Program-made: the position numbers and the translations under genes
The notes under the pieces: model-generated
Told to the model about the DNA's origin: nothing
Database searches by the model: none
What the model saw: the letters and a program-made list of their open reading frames with translations, nothing else
Source: an uncultured virus (IMG/VR IMGVR_UViG_3300027971_000002)
Taxonomy: Duplodnaviria > Heunggongvirae > Uroviricota > Caudoviricetes
IMG/VR virus record: IMGVR_UViG_3300027971_000002
Direction: 5' to 3' (one strand)
Length of the DNA stretch: 64,000 bases
Shown here: in pieces, positions 46,621-56,770 of the stretch
Layout of the letters: the number at the start of each line of letters is the position of its first letter
Position numbering within the stretch: position 1 is the stretch's first letter

Positions 46621-47020
46621 TGGTTACCTCGTTAATAATATCGCCAAATCGGGTGAAAGTTGCAGTTCTTATTCTAACGGAATCTTGGACCCCAGTAACG
46701 TCAGCGTAGTAAATTTCTAGGTCAAAATACCCGGTGTTGTTGTCTAAAACTGCGGTCAAGTCATTAAACATCAATGTAGGGAACCATTTTGAAAACGCCT
46801 CAGATATAGTCGTTCTACACATTTCTAGTGCCGACTGTTCATTTTCAAAAACTGCTTTTGGGACAAGGGTTCCATAGTTAGGAAGCATTACCCGCTCTCC
46901 TAAGCTGGTGAGTATTACCAAAATAATTCGGTCTCTCCATATTTTTCTTTGGTCGGAGGTATGCTCAACAAGCCCTGTGGCGTTAAATTTAAACGGCCAA
47001 ATTATCGCTGATTCTGCCAT
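46613..47020 (-). CDS. gp25/GPW-like baseplate protein
   Basis: T..GERVM.P.YG motif. Confidence 0.85.
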   Translation of the reverse strand: MAESAIIWPFKFNATGLVEHTSDQRKIWRDRIILVILTSLGERVMLPNYGTLVPKAVFENEQSALEMCRTTISEAFSKWFPTLMFNDLTAVLDNNTGYFDLEIYYADVTGVQDSVRIRTATFTRFGDIINEVTSG

Positions 47021-47295
47021 TACAGTACTCCCATCCAGACTGGAAAATTAGGGTCTCCGCCTACAAACATTACCCAAACAACGGCGTTTCTAGCGGGTGT
47101 GCTTTCATTTGCGGCTACAGGAGTTCCGTTTGAAACCCCAGGTGCTCGGCATGGCAAAGCCCAATTAGATACAGCTTCCCCAGTTATTTGCGGAACAGTT
47201 AGTTTAATGCGGCTTCTACGCTCTGGGTCGTCAATGTCTACGCATTTTCCAGGGTAAATGCCATAAAAACGTCGGTCGTAGTCTTCAGAGGACAC
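47020..47295 (-). CDS. baseplate spike OB-fold (gp5/gpV N-terminal domain only)
   Basis: YG.Y.G..V...DP....RI...VP, WA.P, VWV.F.GGD...PVW.G. Confidence 0.85.
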   Translation of the reverse strand: MSSEDYDRRFYGIYPGKCVDIDDPERRSRIKLTVPQITGEAVSNWALPCRAPGVSNGTPVAANESTPARNAVVWVMFVGGDPNFPVWMGVL

Positions 47296-48613
47296 CTAAA
47301 GCACCTAACCTTTCACTTGCCGCTTGCGTTCTATATGAGTTTCGTTCTACACGCCGTAAATCCCTGTTACCTCTAGCAACCCATTTTACAATCGTGGTTT
47401 CTTCAGAGGTTAAGGGAGTTCGGTTTAATGTTTTTGAAATAGAACGAGGAGAGGAAGACAGCTTACCCAGGTTAGCCACGGATAACCCTGTAAACCCATT
47501 TAACTTGTCTTGGCTTTGGCCAATAATAATTTTACGAACTTCTGGGGTTGGACGAGCCAATAAAGTGGTTCCATCTTTCCATCGGTTTCCTTTTCCTAAA
47601 GAGTCAAGGCCAAGTATAAGTTTAGTTGTGTATCGTAAGGTTTCAATTACATGTTCGGCCTCTAAAATTATCCAGTATCCCTCGTAAGACTCCCCAATAC
47701 CGGACAAATAAATAGGCATTCCTGGTCGTAAAGAGGCGTTTCCTAGAACTTCAGCTGTTGCTCTGTAAGGAAACATAGTTAAAATGTCTGCAGATTCAGA
47801 CTCATAGCTAGCTGAGGCGTAGTCTAGAGCTACAACATCAGTATTAAACCGGTCAAAAAACTCTTCTGTTCTGTTTTGTCGTACAGTTACATCTCTAGTT
47901 TGTTTAGTTACTGCAAAGTTTGTGTTGGCACCTGTAGTTAAATCAATGCCAGAAATAGCTGTTGCGGATTTAGAGCCTTCTTCCCAATGTAAAGTTTCTC
48001 CAATAATAGGGTTAAAAGAGTAAAGCGTACTTCCCTCCGGGTCATTAGCGTTACGCATTTCAAAAATATTTGCTTGAGCCTTATATGTTGTAAAATCTTC
48101 ATCCAAAGGTTCAAAATAAATTGAAGTGTTTTCAGTACGTAACGAATAACCACATTGTTTAGCTAAACGTACCATCATTAACCAATCACTAATTCCCGCT
48201 TGAGCAATTTGAGGATACACTCTAGGGTGGTCAACAACTGAGTAAGAAAACTCGTTTCTTTCCGCAATTTCTTTAACTACAGCAGAAGCAGTCATATTTT
48301 TGTATATTCTTTGAGAAGATTGTTTTAAAACATACGACGCTCCAATTAAAACTACCTTTACGTGGTCAGCTCCAGGAGTTTTTACCGGCTCAAGATGGTG
48401 AACATACCCATAAAATGTTCGTTCACTATTTGGTTCTTGGTACAAAACATCTACAGGAATTCCTGGCTTTATTAAATCAAAAACAGGTTCCCACTCGTTA
48501 AAAGTAAGATAAGCAATTTCATGCTTATATTTTTCTTGAACAAGGCGAAAAGAACTAAGTCTAGAAGGCGCCTCGTCAATCCCGTTAAATTTAATGCTAA
48601 TAAATTTAAGCAC
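47285..48613 (-). CDS. baseplate hub (gp27 / late control D-like)
   Basis: FYGYV, T.S.VV..IA, Q...SDW....RLA...GY, G...LRPG. Confidence 0.8.
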   Translation of the reverse strand: MLKFISIKFNGIDEAPSRLSSFRLVQEKYKHEIAYLTFNEWEPVFDLIKPGIPVDVLYQEPNSERTFYGYVHHLEPVKTPGADHVKVVLIGASYVLKQSSQRIYKNMTASAVVKEIAERNEFSYSVVDHPRVYPQIAQAGISDWLMMVRLAKQCGYSLRTENTSIYFEPLDEDFTTYKAQANIFEMRNANDPEGSTLYSFNPIIGETLHWEEGSKSATAISGIDLTTGANTNFAVTKQTRDVTVRQNRTEEFFDRFNTDVVALDYASASYESESADILTMFPYRATAEVLGNASLRPGMPIYLSGIGESYEGYWIILEAEHVIETLRYTTKLILGLDSLGKGNRWKDGTTLLARPTPEVRKIIIGQSQDKLNGFTGLSVANLGKLSSSPRSISKTLNRTPLTSEETTIVKWVARGNRDLRRVERNSYRTQAASERLGALGVL

Positions 48614-48890
48614 GACGAGGTACCCTAATAACTGTTCCGGGAGTGATGTTTAAAACATCTTCAATTTCTGGATTTGCTTCCGCAATAACCCACCAAGAGT
48701 AAGGACTTCTGTAATTACTCTGAGCTATATTGTCTAACCTATCCCCATCTTGCCAAACATAGTCTGACCAGCTTAAAGTACCAAGCTCACCAAAATCGTA
48801 AGTTACTACAGATGTTATGTTTCCGTCCTCTACAACAGAAATGTAATAAATATAGGAATCGTTGTACCTTGAGTTTCTTAAGACAGTCAT
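48606..48890 (-). CDS. LysM / tail X baseplate protein
   Basis: GDRLD.IA...Y.....WW.IA.ANP......I.PG..IR.P. Confidence 0.85.
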   Translation of the reverse strand: MTVLRNSRYNDSYIYYISVVEDGNITSVVTYDFGELGTLSWSDYVWQDGDRLDNIAQSNYRSPYSWWVIAEANPEIEDVLNITPGTVIRVPRRA

Positions 48891-50290
48891 TACGCACCCT
48901 CTGCCAATCCAACAGAAGCCATAAGGTTTGCTGTAATTTGTATTTGACTTCTAATAGGTTTCATATCAGTAGTAAATTGTAAATGGTTTACGGAAATACC
49001 GTTAATATACCCAAGGTAATTTAATGGACCAATTTCAATTTTTACTAGGGTTGCAGACAAAAATCCAATATCTGAAGTAACACGGCCAAGGGAGTTTTTC
49101 CATCCGCCTGACATGTAATTAGCGTTTGGACCATTGATAGTTTGATATAAGAATTCAATATCGTGCAAAGTACCTAACTCGTATAGCTCTCTAAGTTGTT
49201 TTGTCATCATCTCTGGGGTAGCTATACCTAACTTATGTGGAGTGTAAAATTTAGAAAAATTTTCTCTCCACTGTTTTTCTCTGTCTTTTCCTTGTGCAGG
49301 GTCCCATTGTTTTGGGCCTTTATGAGCAAAACAAGCAAAGTCATTAATACGATTAACTTCAAGGTTTAACATAATTGTCTCTTGACCAGGAAACGCGCCA
49401 GCAACTCCAACAAATCGGTCTTGCATAGATGGGGTTACGTCTGGGTTTAGGCTTACTGATGTACCAAAACTGTCTGGGTTCCATAGGAATTGAAAGCCCA
49501 TTTGACGCGCATCAGCGCTTGGCTTAGACCCGTTTCCAGTATATTTAGTATCAGATGCAGTGGCGTACCAAACAATTCTTCCACGACGCATTGCATTCTT
49601 TGGACTAGTATTTGGATTAGTTCCGACTACGTTTGCTTTTGTAGCAGAATTTCCTTTGTCTTGGGCGCTACCAGGAGAAACAATATTTTTTTTAAAATCT
49701 CTATGGTCTACAGTAGATGGGGCAATAGGCAAACTCCACTCATGCGGAGATAAGTTAAACGTGTAGTTGGCTAAATTAATAGGTGGAGAAAAATCATCTT
49801 TATTTGCCCTAGCTAGTTTGTCAGCAATATTAAAAGGATTATTTTTGTCAAAAAATTTTCCAATACTGTCTAAAATAGAAATGCCAACACCGCCACCGGC
49901 TGCCGCGGTTGAAGATTTTGGGTTAAAAGTTACTGCCGAAGCAATAGCTCCTCCAATTCTAGAAGTAAAATAATTAGAAGCGAATAAAGCCCCGCCTGCC
50001 GCAGTAAGAACAGCTCCGGACGCTAATGTGGCAGCTCCACCAGAGGCTACTGTTGTAGACACTTGTTTTACTGCTGTTCCCGTACCAAGAACAGGGTCAA
50101 CTACTGCGGATACTACTTTTGAAGTGGTTCCACTAGCCCCGTTTAATGAAGCACCTAGCCCAAGAAGTGGCCTACCGCCAGGGGGTACCGCAACAACCTG
50201 CTCAGCGTTTACTTTGCGAACAGCTCTAGTTGTTGTGGTAATTGGATAAGAAAGGTTATATGTAGTCCCGTTTGTTGGTAGGTCGCTCAT
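48890..50290 (-). CDS. probable tail tube initiator
   Basis: FQFLWNP and Y.G.I....V....F...M.P.R motifs; lies between tape measure and LysM genes. Confidence 0.65.
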   Translation of the reverse strand: MSDLPTNGTTYNLSYPITTTTRAVRKVNAEQVVAVPPGGRPLLGLGASLNGASGTTSKVVSAVVDPVLGTGTAVKQVSTTVASGGAATLASGAVLTAAGGALFASNYFTSRIGGAIASAVTFNPKSSTAAAGGGVGISILDSIGKFFDKNNPFNIADKLARANKDDFSPPINLANYTFNLSPHEWSLPIAPSTVDHRDFKKNIVSPGSAQDKGNSATKANVVGTNPNTSPKNAMRRGRIVWYATASDTKYTGNGSKPSADARQMGFQFLWNPDSFGTSVSLNPDVTPSMQDRFVGVAGAFPGQETIMLNLEVNRINDFACFAHKGPKQWDPAQGKDREKQWRENFSKFYTPHKLGIATPEMMTKQLRELYELGTLHDIEFLYQTINGPNANYMSGGWKNSLGRVTSDIGFLSATLVKIEIGPLNYLGYINGISVNHLQFTTDMKPIRSQIQITANLMASVGLAEGA

Positions 50291-52761
50291 TAGTGTGAAA
50301 CTGCCTTTCTAATTAAGTTGTCGTAATCAAGAGCCTTTTTAATTTCTGAAGCAAGCTTGTTTTCATCCCAATTTGCAGACCCTTCAACTTTGATAGTAAT
50401 TCCACCATAGTTGATGTTATAGCCGCCGTTTCCTGAAGCTCCAGAAGCTGATACAGGACCACCCTCAGCTCGAACCCCTAGAACGTCATTCTTAAGTCCT
50501 TTACCTAGTTCAGCAACTAGTTTTGCAAACTCAGTCTTACTAAGTGTGCCTTTAAGCGAATTAATAATTCCTTTAAGACCACCTAACGGGCCGCTATCTG
50601 TAACAGCGTTAAATACATCGCCTGCAATGTCGGCAGCTTTATTTACTATTGTTCCAGCAGCTTTAGAAATACCTTGTCCTGCTGACCAAATTTTTCCGCG
50701 CACGCTGTCGTACCATGGGTCGTCAGTTCTCGGGTGCCCGTAGTGTTTACCCGCAAGACCAGCAGCTTGTGCAGTAGACCAAGCTTTATAAAATGTACGG
50801 CCTTGACTTGATATGTCCCAAGCAATTCTTGCGTTAATTTCTGGGTCATATAAATCCCAGTCATTTTTAACTCCGTATTTAGCATAGTTGGCTCTACGAC
50901 GGTCGCCCTGCCCTCGGTTTCCAGCAATGTCATTTTTCATATTAATTTGGAATAGTCCGTAAGACATGTCTGCGCCCATGAGATTTTCGTTAACTGGTTG
51001 GCGACCCGACTCCTTAGAAATAATTCGTATTCCATTTTCAACATCTTCTGGAGTTTTCCAGCCCGCTCTTTTAAGAATAGTCCGCAGTTCATCGTGAGGA
51101 ATCTGGTCCCCGGCTTTGTATTTTCCTTTGTAATCTTTTTCGTGCATGTGGCGAGTTGGTTTGCCATTATTATTATCAACATTTTCGTGAGTCTCAGACC
51201 CATCAGAAAACTTCTTAGTAACTTGACCGCCAGCATGCATAAACCCAGCAAAGTTAAGTTTATGATTTGGGATAATTTGACCGTCTTGTTCAGGAGCAAA
51301 AAATTCAGGACCACTTAAGCCCACCATCTTTTGTCCACCACCACCGTGAGGTACGTAAAGTTCTGGGCCTTTTTCTCCAACAATGTATGTATTTCTAGCT
51401 GCTGTTTCTCCACCTTCTGCCAAGAACGGGATGCCAGTAAGCATGTCAAGCAGTTCTCCGCCAACTCCGTTACCGACTCCTGTCATTGTGTCAGCAAAGC
51501 CTTTTCCACCAGCAAAAAGGTATGCCAGTTGTTCAACGACCGGGATATTAGCTAGTTTTACCATTAAGTTGCTAAAACTACCAGCCATTTTATTTGCGGT
51601 TTCAAATCCTTGGACAATTGAATCAGTAAACTGCCCAATCATATTTGATGAGGCGTTGTCTCTTTTTCCTTTAGACTTAATAGCGTCTGGAATAACGCCA
51701 GCTGCAGACAACTGCTCTTGACTTCCTAAATCAACTACGCCAGAAGCTTTTGCTAAAAGGCCGTCTTCAATAATTTTTCTAGTCATTGGGTCGTTACCGA
51801 AGTACTGCTCAAGTAATGAATCTAGAGCGTTACCTGGTTGCAATGACATGTGTAAGTCGTACTTAGTGATGGCTGACCCGCCACGTTTTTGTTTATTTAA
51901 TGTTGACCAGAGGTCGTCAATAATTTGTTTTAAATCCCGCATGGTGCCTGTAGCAGCATCTCTAACGTTTACGCCAATAACTTTAAGATAGTTAACGTTA
52001 CGTGCTGCGTTTAAACCAGTGAGGGCGCTAGCAGCTCCTGTGAATCCAAGTCCAGGAGTTAAGTTAGACGCAAGGGCTAAACTATTTCCAATTCCTGGAA
52101 TATTTGTTCCTAAAGAGCGAGAGCTATTTAACGCTTCAACTACGTCAGTGGCAGAGGTCTGTACGCCTTTTTGACCAAGGTTAGTAGACATGTTACGAAT
52201 AGCGTTCTGCTGGTCTTTAAGCTCACCGCCGCCACCCATTCCCGCAAAAGCTGCACGGTTACGGTTGTACTCGTAGTCAAAGCTTTGTTGAACAGTAGGA
52301 AGCCCCATGTACGCCATTTTTAAGGGGGCCATTGCTTTACCAAGCAATCCTCCAATAATAGGTATTTGCCCTACATCCGCAAACGGACCTTTTTCCCAAC
52401 CTTTGTTTGGGTCTGACTCAACAACTCCAGGGTTGATTTTAGGTTGGCTAGGCATCCCATTTGCGCCTTTAGCGCCTGGGTTAACTACTTGAGGCGCTGC
52501 AGCGGGCCCACCAGCGTGTGGTTGGGTAGGCATTCCATTTGCGCCAATAACAGGAGGTATGCCTGGGCTAGACATAACAGAGCTACCAGCTCCGTCAGTT
52601 GTTCCCTCTTTTCCTATGATAGCCGCAGCATGCTTGGCCTGCCCCTGCATAAATTTTTCAGTGGCTTTTGCGGAGGCCTCAATACCATCGCCATGTTTAT
52701 CAAGCTTGGCGTAGATATCTACAACAGACTGTAGGTTTTTTAACTTGTCTGTAAATGCCAT
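50290..52761 (-). CDS. tape measure protein with a lytic transglycosylase domain
   Basis: Helical Ala/Gly-rich body; VGE.GPE; ESG...SYGLFQIN...LYDP..NA..A...WST. Confidence 0.85.
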   Translation of the reverse strand: MAFTDKLKNLQSVVDIYAKLDKHGDGIEASAKATEKFMQGQAKHAAAIIGKEGTTDGAGSSVMSSPGIPPVIGANGMPTQPHAGGPAAAPQVVNPGAKGANGMPSQPKINPGVVESDPNKGWEKGPFADVGQIPIIGGLLGKAMAPLKMAYMGLPTVQQSFDYEYNRNRAAFAGMGGGGELKDQQNAIRNMSTNLGQKGVQTSATDVVEALNSSRSLGTNIPGIGNSLALASNLTPGLGFTGAASALTGLNAARNVNYLKVIGVNVRDAATGTMRDLKQIIDDLWSTLNKQKRGGSAITKYDLHMSLQPGNALDSLLEQYFGNDPMTRKIIEDGLLAKASGVVDLGSQEQLSAAGVIPDAIKSKGKRDNASSNMIGQFTDSIVQGFETANKMAGSFSNLMVKLANIPVVEQLAYLFAGGKGFADTMTGVGNGVGGELLDMLTGIPFLAEGGETAARNTYIVGEKGPELYVPHGGGGQKMVGLSGPEFFAPEQDGQIIPNHKLNFAGFMHAGGQVTKKFSDGSETHENVDNNNGKPTRHMHEKDYKGKYKAGDQIPHDELRTILKRAGWKTPEDVENGIRIISKESGRQPVNENLMGADMSYGLFQINMKNDIAGNRGQGDRRRANYAKYGVKNDWDLYDPEINARIAWDISSQGRTFYKAWSTAQAAGLAGKHYGHPRTDDPWYDSVRGKIWSAGQGISKAAGTIVNKAADIAGDVFNAVTDSGPLGGLKGIINSLKGTLSKTEFAKLVAELGKGLKNDVLGVRAEGGPVSASGASGNGGYNINYGGITIKVEGSANWDENKLASEIKKALDYDNLIRKAVSH

Positions 52762-52773
52762 GTTGCTTCCTCC

Positions 52774-52890
52774 TTACATTCTGCTTACGGCTCGTGAAAG
52801 CCAGTTGTTTCGCTCTCTAAATGAAAGCGCACGAATATCAGACAATGTCCACCCAGTAAATACTCGAGATAGTACTTCGTATTGGTCCAT
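52774..52890 (-). CDS. tail assembly chaperone C-terminal extension (probably reached by frameshift)
   Basis: MDQYEVLSRVFTGWTLSDIRALSFRERNNWL; frame stays open upstream across the preceding stop. Confidence 0.7.
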   Translation of the reverse strand: MDQYEVLSRVFTGWTLSDIRALSFRERNNWLSRAVSRM

Positions 52891-52903
52891 TAAATCTGTG
52901 TAG

Positions 52904-53704
52904 TTAGAAACGAAACAAAGCGCCAATGCTTAGTGGGGTTGGTACAGATTCCCCACATGCCTGACAAGCCTTGCTCACCTCCGAAAGGCGAGGACCCGGG
53001 TTGCGGGTACTAATATCGGAAACAAGTTTTTCTCTATCTGAAATGCTTAGTTTTAACGCAGTATTTGGCTTAGCGGGACTTCCATTAATAGCGTTAATCG
53101 CTGCAGATAACAACATAGTTGTTAGTTCTGAAGAAGTAGTTGACTCAGGAGCCTCTGTAATACGACGTTGAGTTTTACCTGTAGGTAAAGACACGTTTGC
53201 AACATCGCCATTTTTTAGCGTAACGTTCCAAGTTCTATCTCTAATAGGGTCTTCAAGCGTTACGTATCGAACGTCTTCTTTTAGATTAATTGGAAGGATT
53301 TGGTCACGAGAACAGATTGGACAAGTAGCAGCGTACTCTATGTCTTCGCCAAAAGTTACACACCTAATTCCAATTAAAATACTGTCTCGGTCTCCTGATA
53401 GTAGTTTGTCAAAATCTTCAGTCTCTGGCTCATAGTCACCAATGCTGACAGTTCCTCTAACTAACAACGCAGTTAAAGCCTTTGACCCAGTAGATGATTT
53501 AGCAATAACTTCTTCATCCTCTCCTGTTAATTCTCGGACTTCTGCGGTTGTTAATAGTTCGCCATCTGCAGTGATAAACCCACCAGGTAGTTCTACAAGG
53601 GGGTTTGACGGAACCACAGTTTCTACTATTTTTTGTGGTTCCGCCATCGCCGCTTGTGCAATACGGTTGAGTTCGTCTTGATTTACAATTTGTTCTGTTG
53701 TCAC
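52904..53704 (-). CDS. tail/baseplate assembly chaperone (T4 gp26-like)
   Basis: VRELTG.DEE, L..GDR..IL..IR..TFG, CP.C, C..CG; lies between tube and tape measure genes. Confidence 0.75.
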   Translation of the reverse strand: MTTEQIVNQDELNRIAQAAMAEPQKIVETVVPSNPLVELPGGFITADGELLTTAEVRELTGEDEEVIAKSSTGSKALTALLVRGTVSIGDYEPETEDFDKLLSGDRDSILIGIRCVTFGEDIEYAATCPICSRDQILPINLKEDVRYVTLEDPIRDRTWNVTLKNGDVANVSLPTGKTQRRITEAPESTTSSELTTMLLSAAINAINGSPAKPNTALKLSISDREKLVSDISTRNPGPRLSEVSKACQACGESVPTPLSIGALFRF

Positions 53705-53728
53705 GATAAGTGCTCCTTTAGTTAAGTG

Positions 53729-54334
53729 TTATCCCTTTGGACCTGTTGATACAGGCTTGCGGGTTGTAGTTGCTGTGGTTGGGTCAACGTGGAATACAGT
53801 CAAACCTTCGTGGACAAGTGTCATTGTTTCAAAAAGCAATGAGTTATCTCCAGCGTTAAGGTCTGTAAATGAAAGCTGGTTAATCCACGCGTTATGAAGT
53901 TTGAAGCCCATTTTAGCAGTTGCAACATCTGATGGGTTTGTGTCGGGATGGTCCATTACATAGATGATTACATCGCAACGGAAATCCTTACCAGTTGTTG
54001 AAAGCCCATCTCCAGCTGCTGCTGCAAAAAGACCACGCATCCATTCAATAGCATTGTCGCTACCAAATAGGGCGCCGTGCTGCATTGCAACTGGCTGAAA
54101 GTTAGTCATACCAGGAATCTGGTGCGTGGTGGTGTTGTATCCACCCTCACGATATTGAATGTTTTGGGTTGTAATTGACAAGCCAGAGATTGTATTAAAA
54201 CCTCCGCTAAACCCAAGGATTTTGTCCGTAAATACGGAACCGTTGTTTGATGACGTTAGAAACTCTGCTTGAAACCGAAACCCGCGTAATGGGTCGGTAG
54301 CATGGGTTGACCAACGTTCTATTTTTTTAGGCAT
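53729..54334 (-). CDS. tail tube protein (T4 gp19-like)
   Basis: DP...FRF, GF..ISGL, YREGG.......PG, NAW......DL.A, E...L.HEG. Confidence 0.9.
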   Translation of the reverse strand: MPKKIERWSTHATDPLRGFRFQAEFLTSSNNGSVFTDKILGFSGGFNTISGLSITTQNIQYREGGYNTTTHQIPGMTNFQPVAMQHGALFGSDNAIEWMRGLFAAAAGDGLSTTGKDFRCDVIIYVMDHPDTNPSDVATAKMGFKLHNAWINQLSFTDLNAGDNSLLFETMTLVHEGLTVFHVDPTTATTTRKPVSTGPKG

Positions 54335-54348
54335 TTTTATTTATCTCC

Positions 54349-56103
54349 TTAGGCTGTCACAGTAACGGTGGCTCCACCGTCAAACTGACCGATTTTGATT
54401 ACAACGAATTCAGCTGGACGCTGTAGAGCCACGCCAACTTCGATGATGACTTTACCCTCGTCAATTACGGACAGAGTGTTTAGCTCTCCGTCGCACTTAA
54501 CAAAGTATGCGCTTGATGGGGTATCCCCACGAAGTCCGCCCTGTGTCCAGAAATCTGATAGGAAAGCTGAGACGGTTGCGTTAAGGCTACGCCATAGAAC
54601 AGCGTCGTTAGGCTCGAACACTGCATACTGAGTAAGGTCTGTAAGAGCCTTACGAAGGTAGATAAGCGTACGACGAACCGGTACGTAACGGTCTACATAA
54701 CCAGCCTTAATTGTGCGAGAACCCATAACAACAAAACCAGAACCTGGAATGTAACGAATAGGGTTAACTGGAACTGCTGCAGAGTTTAGTGAGTCAAGCT
54801 CTGCGTTTGTAAGAGGCGCTACTGCAACAACATCTGATAGACGTGCAGATAATCCTGCAGGCGCCTTAAACACTCCTCGAGAAGAATCTGTTGTTGCAAA
54901 TAGTCCTGCGATTGCTCCACCAGGATGCGCTAATAAGGTAGCACCTGTAGTTGAAACTGTTGGGTCACCAATAGTTACGTGTGGGTAGTACACAGCTCCA
55001 AGAGAGGTTGGTGTGTATGTTAATGAAAGCGCTAACTGTGCAGAGGCGCTTAGAGGTGTTCTTGTACCAGCAGTATAACCTGGGTCAATAATTACAAACA
55101 CGTCGTCACGTGACTCTGCATAGCTAAGCAAAGACGCAACATCTGTGTTTGTAAAAACTCCAGGAGCGTTTAGAACAAGTGAGTTTAATACGGTGTCAAA
55201 TGCAGAAACTGCTCCAACAATATTTGTTGAAGTTGGTGATGTTCCAATTGAACCTCCAACTAGTTGTTGAATTGAAACGTTAGATGGTTCGGCGGTTGTT
55301 GCTATTGAAGATGCAACAACATAATTTGAACGAGAGTTAATGAAGTTAATTGCGTATCGAGAGTCTGTTGGATTTGTAAAAGTAACGTCTGTAAATGTTT
55401 CCACAACAGTTTCAATATCTGGATAAGCAATAACTACATCTTTACGGGATGAAACAGCAGATGAAACAATTGTTACATATACGCTATTTCCCCATTGACC
55501 TGGGTTTTTAGCAGTAAGAGAAGCAATTGGGGCTTGACGAGTCCAAGTTGCTGTTGAAGTTGCGCCAGTAGCAGTATTTGCAACTGCAAAGCTAACTCCC
55601 GAAGAAATTGCAGTAATTACAGCAGAGGTTAAGTTGTAACCTGCTGTTGTAGCTCCTGTAATTGTTACGACATCGCCAACTGTAAGACCAGTTGTGCTTG
55701 ATGTAGAAAAAGTCACAGTTCCTGATGAAGCAGCGATTGCTGTAATGCTTCCTGTTGTACTACTTGGTGCTGTGAATGTACGTGTAGCAGAAACGGGTGT
55801 TCCAGCAGTTACTCGCTTGATATAGCAGTTTGCGCCGCCGTTATCAAAGAACAATCGAACAGCAGTTGGAAGCATGTTGTTATTAGTTGTTGCGTCAACG
55901 CCGTCATTTATCTTAGTTGTTGTGTTCCAAGTTCCGTACTTAGAAGCGTAATCGTTCCAAGAGGTAACAAGGGTTGGTGCAATAGGGCCACGGTCAGATG
56001 CGCCAATAAACGCAGCTACAGTTGTTGAGTTTGGCCCTACGGATGGAGCTAATGCGTTGAGGGATTCCTCAACATACACTCCAGGACGAAGGTAAGTTGC
56101 CAT
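54349..56103 (-). CDS. contractile tail sheath protein
   Basis: YLRPGVYVEE, FF.NGG, G.WGN, KAPAG, YVPVRR, VFEPN...LW, PAEFV. Confidence 0.95.
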   Translation of the reverse strand: MATYLRPGVYVEESLNALAPSVGPNSTTVAAFIGASDRGPIAPTLVTSWNDYASKYGTWNTTTKINDGVDATTNNNMLPTAVRLFFDNGGANCYIKRVTAGTPVSATRTFTAPSSTTGSITAIAASSGTVTFSTSSTTGLTVGDVVTITGATTAGYNLTSAVITAISSGVSFAVANTATGATSTATWTRQAPIASLTAKNPGQWGNSVYVTIVSSAVSSRKDVVIAYPDIETVVETFTDVTFTNPTDSRYAINFINSRSNYVVASSIATTAEPSNVSIQQLVGGSIGTSPTSTNIVGAVSAFDTVLNSLVLNAPGVFTNTDVASLLSYAESRDDVFVIIDPGYTAGTRTPLSASAQLALSLTYTPTSLGAVYYPHVTIGDPTVSTTGATLLAHPGGAIAGLFATTDSSRGVFKAPAGLSARLSDVVAVAPLTNAELDSLNSAAVPVNPIRYIPGSGFVVMGSRTIKAGYVDRYVPVRRTLIYLRKALTDLTQYAVFEPNDAVLWRSLNATVSAFLSDFWTQGGLRGDTPSSAYFVKCDGELNTLSVIDEGKVIIEVGVALQRPAEFVVIKIGQFDGGATVTVTA

Positions 56104-56143
56104 TTGTATATCTCCTTAGGTTGTTTGGGGTGTGTGCCGAATG

Positions 56144-56770
56144 TTAGATAGGTCGTAGGTCAGATGGGATGTGGGTTGTTGTTGGGTTTATATTTACTTG
56201 CTGTACAAGCTTTGTTGCCTGTTCAGCGTCGTAATGGGTTAGCTCACTCACAACACGTACAATAAAGATGTTGTGAAGCAAGCGCCTTCCCTCCTCAACG
56301 GAGTCTCTTTTCAGAAACTCGTCAAGAAACATATGGCGATAGGTAGTTTCAACGCCTGAGTCACTAAGAATTCCAAGCTTTCCGTACTTGCTTGGTAAAC
56401 GTCGTTGAATTAATTGGGTCATGAGTGCTCTGTCATGACGTGGATGACGGGCAAAAGTACTAATTTGATAAACTAAATCGTAGGTCATTGGGTACTCGTA
56501 GCTGTAAACGCTGCTGTTATTTCCCACTACTGTACCTGCGTTGTCTCTGTCGTATATGATTCCTGACATTTGACGCTCTGGAGCAAGGCGAATATCCATC
56601 AAGTCAATAGTTATAAACGGAAATTTTTGTTCTCTGAGCTCTACGTCAGGGGTTCCAAACCACACTTGTACTGCGCGGGGGGTAGATGTACCCCCAGCTT
56701 TTTCATCAGTGACAGTAAGCCCACTTAGCAGGGCTTTAAGCGCAGCGTCTTCAGCAAGAATAAAACTCAT
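56144..56770 (-). CDS. tail terminator / completion protein
   Basis: FPFITI.L.D and P..YDL.YQI....R; immediately upstream of the sheath gene. Confidence 0.65.
   Translation of the reverse strand: MSFILAEDAALKALLSGLTVTDEKAGGTSTPRAVQVWFGTPDVELREQKFPFITIDLMDIRLAPERQMSGIIYDRDNAGTVVGNNSSVYSYEYPMTYDLVYQISTFARHPRHDRALMTQLIQRRLPSKYGKLGILSDSGVETTYRHMFLDEFLKRDSVEEGRRLLHNIFIVRVVSELTHYDAEQATKLVQQVNINPTTTHIPSDLRPI

Noticed and set aside
47915..47929. AAAGTTTGTGTTGGC matching the early motif
   Set aside because: Single copy inside the baseplate hub coding sequence without the CCCACCC, GAGAGAG or box context; probably chance, though not excluded
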